Source: Bacteroidota bacterium
Lineage (GTDB): Bacteria; Bacteroidota; Bacteroidia; Bacteroidales; FEN-979
Length of the DNA stretch: 64,000 bases
Assembly (NCBI GenBank): GCA_016868575.1
Contig: VGGL01000003.1
Location: 10,162 to 74,161 of the forward strand
Reading direction: 5' to 3'
Part shown: positions 18,585 through 28,011 of the stretch, one piece after another
Position numbering within the stretch: position 1 is the first letter of the stretch
How the letters are laid out: each line of letters starts with the position of its first letter
The notes under the pieces: generated by a model
Seen by the model: the letters and a program-made list of their open reading frames with translations, nothing else
What the model was told of the DNA's origin: nothing
Databases searched by the model: none
Position numbers and translations under genes: made by a program

Positions 18585-19046
18585 AAGTCTGTCAGCTGAT
18601 TTTACCAGCTTCTCGTCTTTCCGGATGTTTCGAGAAGCGAGCACGAAGAACAACAGTGAAATCAGGGGAAGAAATGTTCCAACGGCAAATTCCGGGGATA
18701 TCTGGATGGCTTTGTTGATCTTATCCGTGTAAAAAAACAGGAGTACGATCAAGACAATATTGAACAGGATATTGAAATTCAGGATGTTGATCTGAAGTTT
18801 TCTGTTTTTATAGTAGAATATGGAAATCCCGGATAAGATGACCAGCGCAAGGGCATTGATCAGCAGCGGGAATGTAAAAAACTTGCTGAAAGGAGAGGAG
18901 ACATTAGGATTCAGGCTGGTGAATTCAGTAATGGAGAACCGGTAACAATCCATATCCGAAAAATAATTGGCTACCGGGAAATAAAATAACAGGCCAATGG
19001 CCACCATGGCCAAAAGCAGGTAAAGGGACTGGATGCGCTGGATCAT
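18579..19046 (-). CDS. DUF4293-family membrane protein
   Basis: MIQRIQSLYLLLAMVAIGLLFYFP… with four TM helices, typical of Bacteroidota DUF4293. The start is taken at 19046, not the ORF-track 19181. Confidence 0.72.
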   Translation of the reverse strand: MIQRIQSLYLLLAMVAIGLLFYFPVANYFSDMDCYRFSITEFTSLNPNVSSPFSKFFTFPLLINALALVILSGISIFYYKNRKLQINILNFNILFNIVLIVLLFFYTDKINKAIQISPEFAVGTFLPLISLLFFVLASRNIRKDEKLVKSADRLR

Positions 19047-19116
19047 GTATGTTCTGTTTAAAATACTATGCGAAAGTAACAAAATTGGCTTTTTTCTGAT
19101 GAATGTAATTTTTTTA

Positions 19117-19124
19117 TATCTTTG
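19117..19124 (+). promoter_or_regulatory. -7 box TATCTTTG; candidate rho promoter giving a ~115-nt leader
   Basis: Exact TAnnTTTG match upstream of rho. Confidence 0.4.
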
Positions 19125-19244
19125 CAGCCTCATTTCTGTTTTACTCATTAGCAAATCTTTCTTTTTCACCCTCACCTGCATGTAATAAACCTTGCAGACA
19201 AATTACCAAGACATATATATTTTTTTAACTAATTGCATTTGAAC

Positions 19245-20969
19245 ATGTACGACATTGTTGAACTCAGCAACAAAGCACTGGAAGAAGTACAAAAAATTGC
19301 CAAAAACCTGAAAATCAAAAAAGCAGAAAAGCTTGATAAACAGGATCTTATTTATAAAATTCTGGACCATCAGGCGCTTAATCCATCCGAAGAGATCATT
19401 GCGCGGGAAAAAAAAGCTGAGAAAAGAGCCTACCGGCCAAAACGTCAGCGGATCCATAAGCCTTCATCCGGACAAAAAGCCACACCGAAAGTGGTTGATA
19501 TCAAGGAAAAAGCGCTTGAACCTTTGAAGGAAGAACCTAAAACTGAACCCAGACCTGAAGTAAAATCTGAATCAAAACCAGAACCTAAAAGGCCCGTTCA
19601 GTCAAAAAAGGAAAATATCAAACACGAACCTCTTCCGGAACTTGAAACAAACCTGTTTGCGGAAGAGGAAATGCCTTTGCCTGTTATCCCTGCCATACGG
19701 GAAGAAGTACCTGCTCCCGTTGCTGTTGTAGAAGGTGCCGAAGTTTCAGCCCCTGCTGAAACAAAGATGGACAACAGGGAACGACCCGGCAAGGATTTTC
19801 ATAAAAATAGATTTCATGAACCACGGCACCGGGATGAGTATCCCTTTGAGTTTGATGGTTTGATCACCAGCGAAGGAGTTCTGGAAATCATGCAAGATGG
19901 GTATGGTTTCCTCCGGTCCTCTGATTATAACTACCTGAACTCTCCGGATGATATCTATGTCAGCCAGTCACAGATCAAGTTATTTGGGCTTAAAACAGGC
20001 GATTCGGTGAGGGGAGCGATACGGCCTCCAAAGGATGGGGAAAAATATTATCCACTTATCAAAGTGGAACTGATCAACGGTCGGACGGCTGACGAAGTGC
20101 GCGACCGGGTTCCCTTTGATTTTCTAACCCCATTGTTTCCCTTCAAGAAATTCAATCTGACAGGCCATCCCCAGGACAGTATGTCAACCCGGCTGATGGA
20201 TCTTTTCTGCCCGATCGGGATGGGTCAGCGTGGATTGATTGTAGCACAGCCGAAGACAGGTAAAACCGTGCTCCTCAAGGATATTGCCAATGCCATTGCT
20301 TACAACCACCCTGATGTGTATCTCATTGTACTCCTGATTGACGAAAGGCCGGAAGAAGTCACGGACATGCAACGAAGTGTCAAGGCAGAAGTTATCTCAT
20401 CCACCTTTGATGAGCCTGCCGAAAGACATGTCAAGATTACCAATATTGTCCTTGAAAAAGCCAAGCGAATGGTAGAATGCGGCCACGATGTGGTCATTCT
20501 GTTAGATTCAATTACCCGTCTGGCCAGGGCCTATAATACAGTGGCGCCTGCATCGGGCAAGGTATTGTCAGGTGGCGTGGAAGCCAATGCGCTCCAAAAA
20601 CCCAAAAGGTTCTTTGGCGCAGCCCGCCAGATTGAGAATGGCGGCTCCCTGACCATCATTGCAACCGCCCTCACCGATACCGGCTCCCGCATGGATGAGG
20701 TGATCTTCGAAGAGTTCAAAGGAACCGGTAACATGGAGCTTCAGCTCGACCGGAAACTTTCCAATAAAAGGATCTTCCCGGCAATTGATATTGTTTCCTC
20801 CAGCACCCGGAGAGATGATCTCCTGCTTGACAAAGATGTTCTGCAGCGGGTCTGGATCCTGAGAAACCACCTGGCAGATATGACTCCGCTGGAAGCCATG
20901 GAATTTTTGCAGGATAAAATGCGTTTTACCCGGTCAAACGAGGAATTCCTTGTCTCAATGAATGGATAA
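19245..20969 (+). CDS. rho: transcription termination factor Rho, with a ~150-aa low-complexity insertion in the N-terminal domain
   Basis: N-terminal helix bundle, K/E/P-rich insert, CSD-like [14 protein letters not shown], then the RecA-type ATPase (PKTGKT…). Confidence 0.95.
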   Translation: MYDIVELSNKALEEVQKIAKNLKIKKAEKLDKQDLIYKILDHQALNPSEEIIAREKKAEKRAYRPKRQRIHKPSSGQKATPKVVDIKEKALEPLKEEPKTEPRPEVKSESKPEPKRPVQSKKENIKHEPLPELETNLFAEEEMPLPVIPAIREEVPAPVAVVEGAEVSAPAETKMDNRERPGKDFHKNRFHEPRHRDEYPFEFDGLITSEGVLEIMQDGYGFLRSSDYNYLNSPDDIYVSQSQIKLFGLKTGDSVRGAIRPPKDGEKYYPLIKVELINGRTADEVRDRVPFDFLTPLFPFKKFNLTGHPQDSMSTRLMDLFCPIGMGQRGLIVAQPKTGKTVLLKDIANAIAYNHPDVYLIVLLIDERPEEVTDMQRSVKAEVISSTFDEPAERHVKITNIVLEKAKRMVECGHDVVILLDSITRLARAYNTVAPASGKVLSGGVEANALQKPKRFFGAARQIENGGSLTIIATALTDTGSRMDEVIFEEFKGTGNMELQLDRKLSNKRIFPAIDIVSSSTRRDDLLLDKDVLQRVWILRNHLADMTPLEAMEFLQDKMRFTRSNEEFLVSMNG

Positions 20970-22322
20970 AAGCTCCTCAGCCAGGGTCTTCATATCAATT
21001 CCGTCAAAATCTCCTGAACTCATCAGCAATAAGTTTTTGTCATTCCAATCAGTTTGACGGAGCCATCCGACCATCTCGGAGGAATCGGTATATACTTTCA
21101 GCCCTTTTCTTCCAAAACCTTGTTGGATGTCTTCTGCAGATAACGTTGGAAGTCGCTTGATTTGCAGGGCATGAGGATTATAATAAACCAGTGCATGATC
21201 GGCCTGGTCCATGGTTCCCGTGTAATGTGACAGGAACTGACTGCTTAAACTACTGTAGGTATGTAACTCCATACAGGCTACCAGTTCATGACCTGGGTAT
21301 TGCTCCTTTACAGCTTGAATGGTTGCCTGGAGTTTTGAAGGCGCATGGGCAAAATCCCGAAATATCCTGGTGTTTCCGTTATCTCCAATGATCTCCAATC
21401 GCCTGGATGCGCCCCGGAAGGTTGAAATGGCTGTGGCAAACTGCTCAGAAGAAACTCCAAGTGCCAGGCAAACCTGTAAGGCCCCCTGGAGGTTTAGCAG
21501 GTTATGCTTCCCGAAGACTTTCAAGGGAACCGACTTTCTGTTTATTTCTACCCGGGTCTGGCCGTCCTTCACAGTATAAGCAGGTAAATCATAAGGTATT
21601 TTCCTGATGTTGGGATTTGTTTCAACAACAAGTTTCTGTAAAACCTCATCTTCCTGACAATAGATCAGCAGTCCACCCGATGGGATCAGGTTGATGAAGA
21701 TTTTGAACTGATCCAGGTACTTGTCAAAGGTTTGGAATACGTTGATGTGATCCCAGGCGATGCCGCTCAGCAGGGCGATATGCGGTTGGTAAAGATGGAA
21801 CTTTGGCCTGGTGTCAATGGGAGAGGTGAGGTACTCATCTCCTTCAAAAACCATCAGGGGAGCTTCTTCCGTTAATTTAACCATGACATCAAATCCTTCC
21901 AGTTGTGCGCCAACAAGGTAGTCAGCTGTGATCCCGTAATGTTTCAATACATGAAGGATCATAGCGGTTATCGTCGTTTTTCCATGACTTCCGCCAATCA
22001 CAATCCGTTTTTTCTCTTTTGATTGCTCGTATAAGAACTCGGGGTAAGAGAATATCTTCAGGTTGAGTTCTTTGGCCCTGGCCAGTTCCGGGTTGTCGGC
22101 TTTGGCATGCATCCCCAGGATGATCGCATCAATAGCCGCAGTGATGAACGAAGGTCTCCATCCAACCTGATCAGGAAGCAAACCATATTTCAGGAGCCTG
22201 CTTTTTGCAGGCTCATAGATCTCATCATCGGATCCGGTCACCAGAAAACCCTTCAAATGAAGGGCAATGGCCAGGTTATGCATGGCACTTCCGCCAATGG
22301 CGATGAAATGGACTTTTGTCAT
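20955..22322 (-). CDS. mpl: UDP-N-acetylmuramate:L-alanyl-gamma-D-glutamyl-meso-diaminopimelate ligase (Mpl, Mur ligase family)
   Basis: [18 protein letters not shown]-terminus and GSHGKTT P-loop in a 455-aa protein. Confidence 0.85.
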   Translation of the reverse strand: MTKVHFIAIGGSAMHNLAIALHLKGFLVTGSDDEIYEPAKSRLLKYGLLPDQVGWRPSFITAAIDAIILGMHAKADNPELARAKELNLKIFSYPEFLYEQSKEKKRIVIGGSHGKTTITAMILHVLKHYGITADYLVGAQLEGFDVMVKLTEEAPLMVFEGDEYLTSPIDTRPKFHLYQPHIALLSGIAWDHINVFQTFDKYLDQFKIFINLIPSGGLLIYCQEDEVLQKLVVETNPNIRKIPYDLPAYTVKDGQTRVEINRKSVPLKVFGKHNLLNLQGALQVCLALGVSSEQFATAISTFRGASRRLEIIGDNGNTRIFRDFAHAPSKLQATIQAVKEQYPGHELVACMELHTYSSLSSQFLSHYTGTMDQADHALVYYNPHALQIKRLPTLSAEDIQQGFGRKGLKVYTDSSEMVGWLRQTDWNDKNLLLMSSGDFDGIDMKTLAEELLSIH

Positions 22323-22399
22323 AATCGTTCAGCGTTTTTCAAATCATTGTATTTTTACCCCGTAAAAATAGGCAGAAGAATCATTCATGGAAATTTAAC

Positions 22400-23098
22400 A
22401 TGCAGGAGATAGAAAGAATATTAGCACATGCCGATTCCACCAATCCACAGGCAGCACTTTCCTGGATTGCATCGGAATATCCCGGCCAGTGTGCCTTTTC
22501 GTCAAGCCTTGGCGCTGAAGACCAGGTCATTACACATATGATCGCCGCTCAAAACCTTCCTGTCAGGGTTTTTACCCTCGACACAGGCCGGTTGTTCCCC
22601 GAAACATATGATCTTTTAGAAGTCACCGGGAAGAAATATCATCTTTCGATCGAAGTGTTCTACCCGAAAACAGCAAGCGTACAGGCAATGGTAAATGCCA
22701 AAGGGATCAATTTATTCTATGATTCAAAGGAGAACAGAATCGAATGTTGCCATATCCGGAAGGTTGAACCGCTTCATCGCTCGCTCAGGAACACGAAAAT
22801 CTGGATTACGGGCCTCAGAAAGGATCAGTCTGATACCCGGAAACAAATCGATTTCGTGGAATACGACAAGCAATTTAGCATCATTAAAGTGAATCCGATT
22901 TTTGAGTGGAATGACCAGCAGGTTTTTTCTTACCTGAAAACACACCAGGTTCCGTATAATCCGCTCCATGATAAGGGTTACCCTAGCATTGGATGCCAGC
23001 CGTGCACCCGGGCTGTGTTCCCTGGTGAGGATTCCCGGTCCGGCCGCTGGTGGTGGGAACAAGATGCCCACCGGGAGTGTGGGCTCCATCAGCACTGA
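22400..23098 (+). CDS. cysH: (phospho)adenylyl-sulfate reductase, thioredoxin-dependent (CysH family; CC…CxxC Fe-S type)
   Basis: PAPS-reductase fold, C-terminal ECGLH, plus the cysteines IECCH and GCQPC. Confidence 0.88.
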   Translation: MQEIERILAHADSTNPQAALSWIASEYPGQCAFSSSLGAEDQVITHMIAAQNLPVRVFTLDTGRLFPETYDLLEVTGKKYHLSIEVFYPKTASVQAMVNAKGINLFYDSKENRIECCHIRKVEPLHRSLRNTKIWITGLRKDQSDTRKQIDFVEYDKQFSIIKVNPIFEWNDQQVFSYLKTHQVPYNPLHDKGYPSIGCQPCTRAVFPGEDSRSGRWWWEQDAHRECGLHQH

Positions 23099-23101
23099 TG
23101 C

Positions 23102-24322
23102 TTACGAAAACCGGATAGCCCTGACCGGAGAGATACGTGTGATGATATAGGATGGCAGGATCAGCGCCAGGGTACAGAATATCAGGGTGGCCATATTCAC
23201 GATGACCACATACCAGAAGTTGAGATGAATGGGAACCACGGATACATAATAGGATTCCTGAGAGAGGGAGATCAGCCCGGAATATTTTTGCAAGAAGCAC
23301 AACCCAACACCCAGGAAATTTCCAATGAGAAGACCTATGATCAGAATAAATGAAGCATGATAGAGGAACATCCTCCGGATTGACCAATTCCGCATTCCCA
23401 TGGCTTTCAGGATGCCGATCCTGGATGTATTTTCAAGGATCAGGATCAGCAGGGTTGAGATCATGGTAATAGTGGTCACAATGGCCATGAGGCCTAAAAT
23501 GATCAGTACGTTCATGTCCTGCAAAGCCAGCCAATCGAAGATTTGCGGATATAGTTGTTTGATCGTCCGGCAGTTCAAGTCATAACCGATGGAACGGTAA
23601 ACCTCTTCGGCCATCTTATCCAGTTCAGTAAACTGCGCTATCAGAACTTCGAAGCCTGCGACCTGATCCGCTCCCCATCCATTCAGTTTTTGGACATGCC
23701 GGATATCAGCCATGACATAGACCAGGTCGAATTCTTCCATACCGGTTTCATAAATACCGCTGATCCTGAACTTCCTGGCCAGGGTATGGGAGCCTGAGAT
23801 AAAGTACATCCGGATGGTGTCCCCCAGTTTTAGATCAAGGAGGGAACATAACTTCCCGGAGATGACCATGTCATCAGAACGTGTTTCTGATCGGGTGTCC
23901 GGAAGATTCCCCTGCAGGAGCTGTTTCTGGAAAAAACTGACATCAAAGTCTGCGCCCAACCCTTTAAGGACAGTGCCCTGGATTTGATCCCGGGTGCGGA
24001 TAATGCCTGCTTTGGATGCAAATACCTGAATATGTCCGATGCCTGGCTTATCTTTAAGAGATGGATAAAAAAGCTGATTCATGGATACGGGTTCCGGCTC
24101 CATCGATTCATTGTCGCTGAAACCTGTGATCTGGATGTGACCACCAAACCCAACAACTTTATTCCTGATCTCCTGCTGAAAGCCGGTGACCACCGCCACG
24201 CTGATGATCATAACGGCAAGCCCGATGGCTACACTGAAAATGCTTATGCGGATGATCGGAGTAGAAAAATTCTCCTTGCTGAAAGAGAGCAGCCGACGGG
24301 ATATGAAATAACTAATACCCAA
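23102..24322 (-). CDS. FtsX-like ABC transporter permease (LolC/LolE family)
   Basis: N-terminal TM helix, a large periplasmic MacB-like domain, and C-terminal FtsX helices, in 406 aa. Confidence 0.85.
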   Translation of the reverse strand: MGISYFISRRLLSFSKENFSTPIIRISIFSVAIGLAVMIISVAVVTGFQQEIRNKVVGFGGHIQITGFSDNESMEPEPVSMNQLFYPSLKDKPGIGHIQVFASKAGIIRTRDQIQGTVLKGLGADFDVSFFQKQLLQGNLPDTRSETRSDDMVISGKLCSLLDLKLGDTIRMYFISGSHTLARKFRISGIYETGMEEFDLVYVMADIRHVQKLNGWGADQVAGFEVLIAQFTELDKMAEEVYRSIGYDLNCRTIKQLYPQIFDWLALQDMNVLIILGLMAIVTTITMISTLLILILENTSRIGILKAMGMRNWSIRRMFLYHASFILIIGLLIGNFLGVGLCFLQKYSGLISLSQESYYVSVVPIHLNFWYVVIVNMATLIFCTLALILPSYIITRISPVRAIRFS

Positions 24323-24397
24323 CCTTGATGATTTTCATGTCCTGCAAAATTATGAAATTTGAGTCCGGTAAAGTGAAAACACAGATTACATAAACCC

Positions 24398-25576
24398 ATG
24401 AAGCAAGAGCTTATCTTTACATCCGTCTTATGCTTTTTGTTTTTAACTGCAGGTTGCCAGCAGCCTGAGGGACAATTTCTGACCGGTGCTGATCGAACCC
24501 GGGAGTATTTCCCTTTATTGGAAGGAAAATCAATCGGGCTGGTGTGCAATGCAACTTCCATCATTCACAAAACTCATTTGGCAGATAGCTTGTGTCGGGC
24601 AGGTTTCCGGATCGGAAAAATTTTTTCTCCGGAACATGGATTCCGTGGGGAGGCCGAAGCCGGTGAAAAAGTGCATGATGAAATAGATCAATCGACAGGT
24701 GTGAAAGTGGTATCCTTGTATGGCAAGAAACGTAAGCCGGATGCTTCCGATCTGGAAGGGCTTGACGTTCTTCTTTTTGATATTCAGGATGTTGGCGTGA
24801 GATTCTTTACTTATATATCCACTTTGACTTATGTGATGGAGGCGTGTGCAGCAAACGGCATCCCGCTGATTGTGCTGGATCGCCCGAATCCAAACCGGTT
24901 TTACTGCGATGGTCCTGTGCTGAAACAAGAATTTAGGAGTTTCGTCGGCCTTCATCCTGTTCCGGTTGTTTATGGGATGACCATCGGTGAATATGCGTTG
25001 ATGGTGAATGGTGAAAGGTGGCTCGAAAACAACCTGATTTGCTCTTTGACGGTCATTCCATGCAGTCATTATGATGGAAAATCAATGCCGGCATTGGCGG
25101 TGAAGCCATCCCCAAATCTCACTTCGATGAATGCCATTTACCTTTATCCCGGCATTTGCTTTTTCGAAGGAACCCAGGTCAGTCTGGGAAGGGGTACCCG
25201 GAGGCCATTTGAAGTGATCGGATTTCCCGGTTGCCCGGATGGAGATACGGTTTTTATGCCGGTTTCCATTCCGGGCATGAGTGTTTCTCCCCTGTATCAG
25301 GATTTGGCGTGTCGGGGATTTTCACTGATCGGAGAAAGTACCCGTGACGGGCTCCCGGATTCTCAGTTGCCACTGAATTGGTTGCTGCGCATGTATAGGT
25401 TATATCCCGATTCAACCCGTTTTTTCAATTCCTATTTCAATACCCTTGCGGGCAACAGCGATTTGCAGCAACAGATCAGGAATGGATGGACGGAAGCACA
25501 GATCAGGGCTTCATGGAAAAACGAACGCGCAGCATTTTTTCTGATACGGAAGAAATACCTTCTTTACAACGAATAG
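24398..25576 (+). CDS. namZ: DUF1343 family protein (exo-beta-N-acetylmuramidase NamZ-like), lipoprotein signal
   Basis: Signal peptide with LTAGC, and DUF1343 hallmarks (GLVCN…, VSLYGK…, DIQDVGVRFFTYIST, VLDRPNP). Confidence 0.83.
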   Translation: MKQELIFTSVLCFLFLTAGCQQPEGQFLTGADRTREYFPLLEGKSIGLVCNATSIIHKTHLADSLCRAGFRIGKIFSPEHGFRGEAEAGEKVHDEIDQSTGVKVVSLYGKKRKPDASDLEGLDVLLFDIQDVGVRFFTYISTLTYVMEACAANGIPLIVLDRPNPNRFYCDGPVLKQEFRSFVGLHPVPVVYGMTIGEYALMVNGERWLENNLICSLTVIPCSHYDGKSMPALAVKPSPNLTSMNAIYLYPGICFFEGTQVSLGRGTRRPFEVIGFPGCPDGDTVFMPVSIPGMSVSPLYQDLACRGFSLIGESTRDGLPDSQLPLNWLLRMYRLYPDSTRFFNSYFNTLAGNSDLQQQIRNGWTEAQIRASWKNERAAFFLIRKKYLLYNE

Positions 25577-25588
25577 AAAGGTAAACGG

Positions 25589-26788
25589 TTAAACGGTTCT
25601 CCCGGGGTAAACCTTTAATGCCTCTGCCAGGCACTGCATGGCATTTTTCAGGTCATTGACATTCAGTACATAACTGATCCTGACTTCATTGGTTCCCCTT
25701 CCCTTGGTGCTGTAAAAACCAGTTGCAGGTGCAAGCATGACCGTTTGCTGGTTGTAGGAAAATTGTTCCAGAAGCCACTGACAGAATTTATCCGAATCAT
25801 CGATGGGGAGGCGGGCGACGGCATAGAAAGCTCCGCCGGGATTGGGGCAGAAGGCGCCGGGCATCTGATTGATGGCATTAACAACCGTATTCCGGCGCTC
25901 GATGTATTCTTTTAAAACCTCCTCAATGTAAGACTCTGGGGTATCAACCGCTGCTTCACCGGCAATCTGTCCGAAAGTTGGAGGACTTAACCGGGCCTGG
26001 GCAAACTTCATGGCGGTAGACATCACCTCTTTATTCTTTGAGATGATCACCCCAATACGGGCACCGCACATGCTATAACGTTTTGAGATGGAATCGAGCA
26101 GGATGGTATTTTGTTCAATACCCTTGAGATTCATGACCGAAAAATGTTGTTTGCCGCCGTAAACAAACTCACGATACACCTCATCAGCAAACAGGAACAG
26201 ATCATGTTTCAGGACGATTTCCCGGAGGGATTCCAGTTCTTCTTTCGAATAAAGATAACCTGTAGGGTTGTTGGGGTTGCAGATCATGATACCCTTCGTC
26301 CGGGGCGTAATGGCTGCTTCAAAATCGTTCATGGAAGGTAGGGCAAATCCGTTTTCAATCACTGAATTGATGGGTTTGACTTCGATGCCAGAAGAAATGG
26401 AAAACCCGTTGTAATTGGCATAGAAAGGTTCGGGGATGATCAGCTCGTCACCTGGATTCAGGCAAGTCATCATGGCAAAAAGGATCGCTTCCGATCCTCC
26501 TGTGGTGATGATCATCTCATCAGGGGTGACGTTGATGCCGTTCCGCTTGTAATACTCACAAAGCTTTTTCCGGTAAGAGAGGATACCTGCTGAATGGCTG
26601 TATTCGATCACCTTCATGTCAAGGTGCCGGATCGCATCCAGGGCATTGGATGGGGTTTCGATATCCGGCTGCCCGATATTCAGGTGGTATACATGAATTC
26701 CCTTTTTCTTGGCTTCATCCGAGAATGGAACCAATTTTCTAATGGGTGACGCAGGCATCTGCATCCCCTTGGCAGAGATTTTCGGCAT
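25589..26788 (-). CDS. pyridoxal-phosphate-dependent aminotransferase, class I (aspartate aminotransferase-like)
   Basis: NIGQPD, NPNNPTG and the SISKRYSMCGARIG lysine motif. Confidence 0.9.
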   Translation of the reverse strand: MPKISAKGMQMPASPIRKLVPFSDEAKKKGIHVYHLNIGQPDIETPSNALDAIRHLDMKVIEYSHSAGILSYRKKLCEYYKRNGINVTPDEMIITTGGSEAILFAMMTCLNPGDELIIPEPFYANYNGFSISSGIEVKPINSVIENGFALPSMNDFEAAITPRTKGIMICNPNNPTGYLYSKEELESLREIVLKHDLFLFADEVYREFVYGGKQHFSVMNLKGIEQNTILLDSISKRYSMCGARIGVIISKNKEVMSTAMKFAQARLSPPTFGQIAGEAAVDTPESYIEEVLKEYIERRNTVVNAINQMPGAFCPNPGGAFYAVARLPIDDSDKFCQWLLEQFSYNQQTVMLAPATGFYSTKGRGTNEVRISYVLNVNDLKNAMQCLAEALKVYPGRTV

Positions 26789-26799
26789 AATGAAAATGG

Positions 26800-27261
26800 C
26801 TACTTGTTGATTGGAACGGCGCTCTGTTCGGTGGCTTTTTCAGGCATAACCTCAGCCGGCTTGGCCATCACTTCTCCTTTGATTGTCAGTACAACGCGGG
26901 AGTTTTTTGCGTTGGAGGTGACAGTTATCGTTTTATTAAAAACGCCAATTCCATTCGTGTTGTAAGTAACCTTGATGGTTTCCTTCTTACCGGGAAGAAG
27001 GGGTTCCTTTGGCCAGGTGGGTACGGTACATCCGCAGGAAGATGCAGGCTTCGAAAGGATCAGCGGCTCATTTCCGGTGTTGGTAAACCAGAAATCAGCG
27101 TTTCCATCGGCGCCCTGGTACATCTTGCCGTAATCATGCACGATCTTTTCGAATTTGATAAGAGGACCATTGGCAGTGTCCTTGGCATTTTCGAGATTAT
27201 CCTGTGCAAAGGCGCCCAGTGAGAAAACCAAAATGGTTACAATTGATAACAACCTTTTCAT
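26800..27261 (-). CDS. DUF1573 domain-containing secreted protein
   Basis: Signal peptide, then FWFTNTGNEPLILSKPASSCGCTVPTWPKEPLLPGK, typical of DUF1573. Confidence 0.8.
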   Translation of the reverse strand: MKRLLSIVTILVFSLGAFAQDNLENAKDTANGPLIKFEKIVHDYGKMYQGADGNADFWFTNTGNEPLILSKPASSCGCTVPTWPKEPLLPGKKETIKVTYNTNGIGVFNKTITVTSNAKNSRVVLTIKGEVMAKPAEVMPEKATEQSAVPINK

Positions 27262-27300
27262 AACAATTTAATAGTTTAGGTCAGTTCAAAAATGAACGGA

Positions 27301-27308
27301 CAAAAGTA
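27301..27308 (-). promoter_or_regulatory. -7 box (TACTTTTG on the minus strand) for the DUF1573 gene
   Basis: Exact TAnnTTTG match 40 nt upstream of the ATG at 27261. Confidence 0.45.
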
Positions 27309-27418
27309 GAATTAATTTTACGTACCGAATCAAAAAACATCAATATTTTATTTGTGTAGAATCCATTTTAACGATATTTAACGTTGCTATAAATTGGAGC
27401 GGATTCGGAGATATTTCA

Positions 27419-27426
27419 TATTTTTG
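27419..27426 (+). promoter_or_regulatory. -7 box TATTTTTG for the lipoprotein / Dak2-DegV genes
   Basis: Exact TAnnTTTG match 24 nt upstream of the ATG at 27450. Confidence 0.45.
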
Positions 27427-27449
27427 TTTTTTCATTTAATTTTTCTATT

Positions 27450-27986
27450 ATGAAAAAGTTGCAGTGGTTTGCGGTCATTTCTTTGATTATCTGTGGAATG
27501 GGCTCTGTTTCCTGTGCTAAGAAAGGAGCTGGGACCGCCACCTCAACAAACAAGGATACCCAGCATGCTGACCCCGGTACCGGGGTAGCCAGCCCCCCTG
27601 TGATTATCTATAAGACCAAGACCAACTACAATGACAAAGTTCCTGTTATTCTGTCGGAGGATAAGCGCAAGATTGTCAGCTATCCTGATATCCATGATAT
27701 TTACCTTCAGGGAGCCAATGCATATCCTGTTCCCCTGGAGGATGGATTTCTGTTGGACATGAGGGGTATTGGCCCTGGCGTTGCATTTACAAGTTTTTCT
27801 TATGAGGAGTTTGTGAAATTGGATCAGACACCCCCGGCTGAAGAATTGTTCAAAAGCATCATTGATAATGATCCCCTCGTAGAGATGTATCAGTGTGGAA
27901 ATAAGCACCAATACGGCAACCTTCCGGATGAACTGAATGCTTTCATCCAAAAGCGTGATTTTACCCAATGCAAAAAGCTTAAATAG
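27450..27986 (+). CDS. hypothetical lipoprotein
   Basis: Signal peptide with a lipobox (GSVSC). I recognise no family. Confidence 0.6.
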   Translation: MKKLQWFAVISLIICGMGSVSCAKKGAGTATSTNKDTQHADPGTGVASPPVIIYKTKTNYNDKVPVILSEDKRKIVSYPDIHDIYLQGANAYPVPLEDGFLLDMRGIGPGVAFTSFSYEEFVKLDQTPPAEELFKSIIDNDPLVEMYQCGNKHQYGNLPDELNAFIQKRDFTQCKKLK

Positions 27987-28011
27987 CAATTTCAAACGTA
28001 TATAAATATTG

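Noticed and set aside
18135-18732. ORFs 18135-18500 (minus, 121 aa) and 18499-18732 (plus, 77 aa)
   Set aside because: The first is antisense to pabC. The second is a translation of the octamer array (FHHFATSLFRYFATYLS) and the antisense strand of the DUF4293 gene.
25582-25597. TAAACGGT x2 tandem octamer between namZ and the aminotransferase gene
   Set aside because: There are only two units (16 bp), which is within chance expectation. I noted it only because it resembles the larger arrays.
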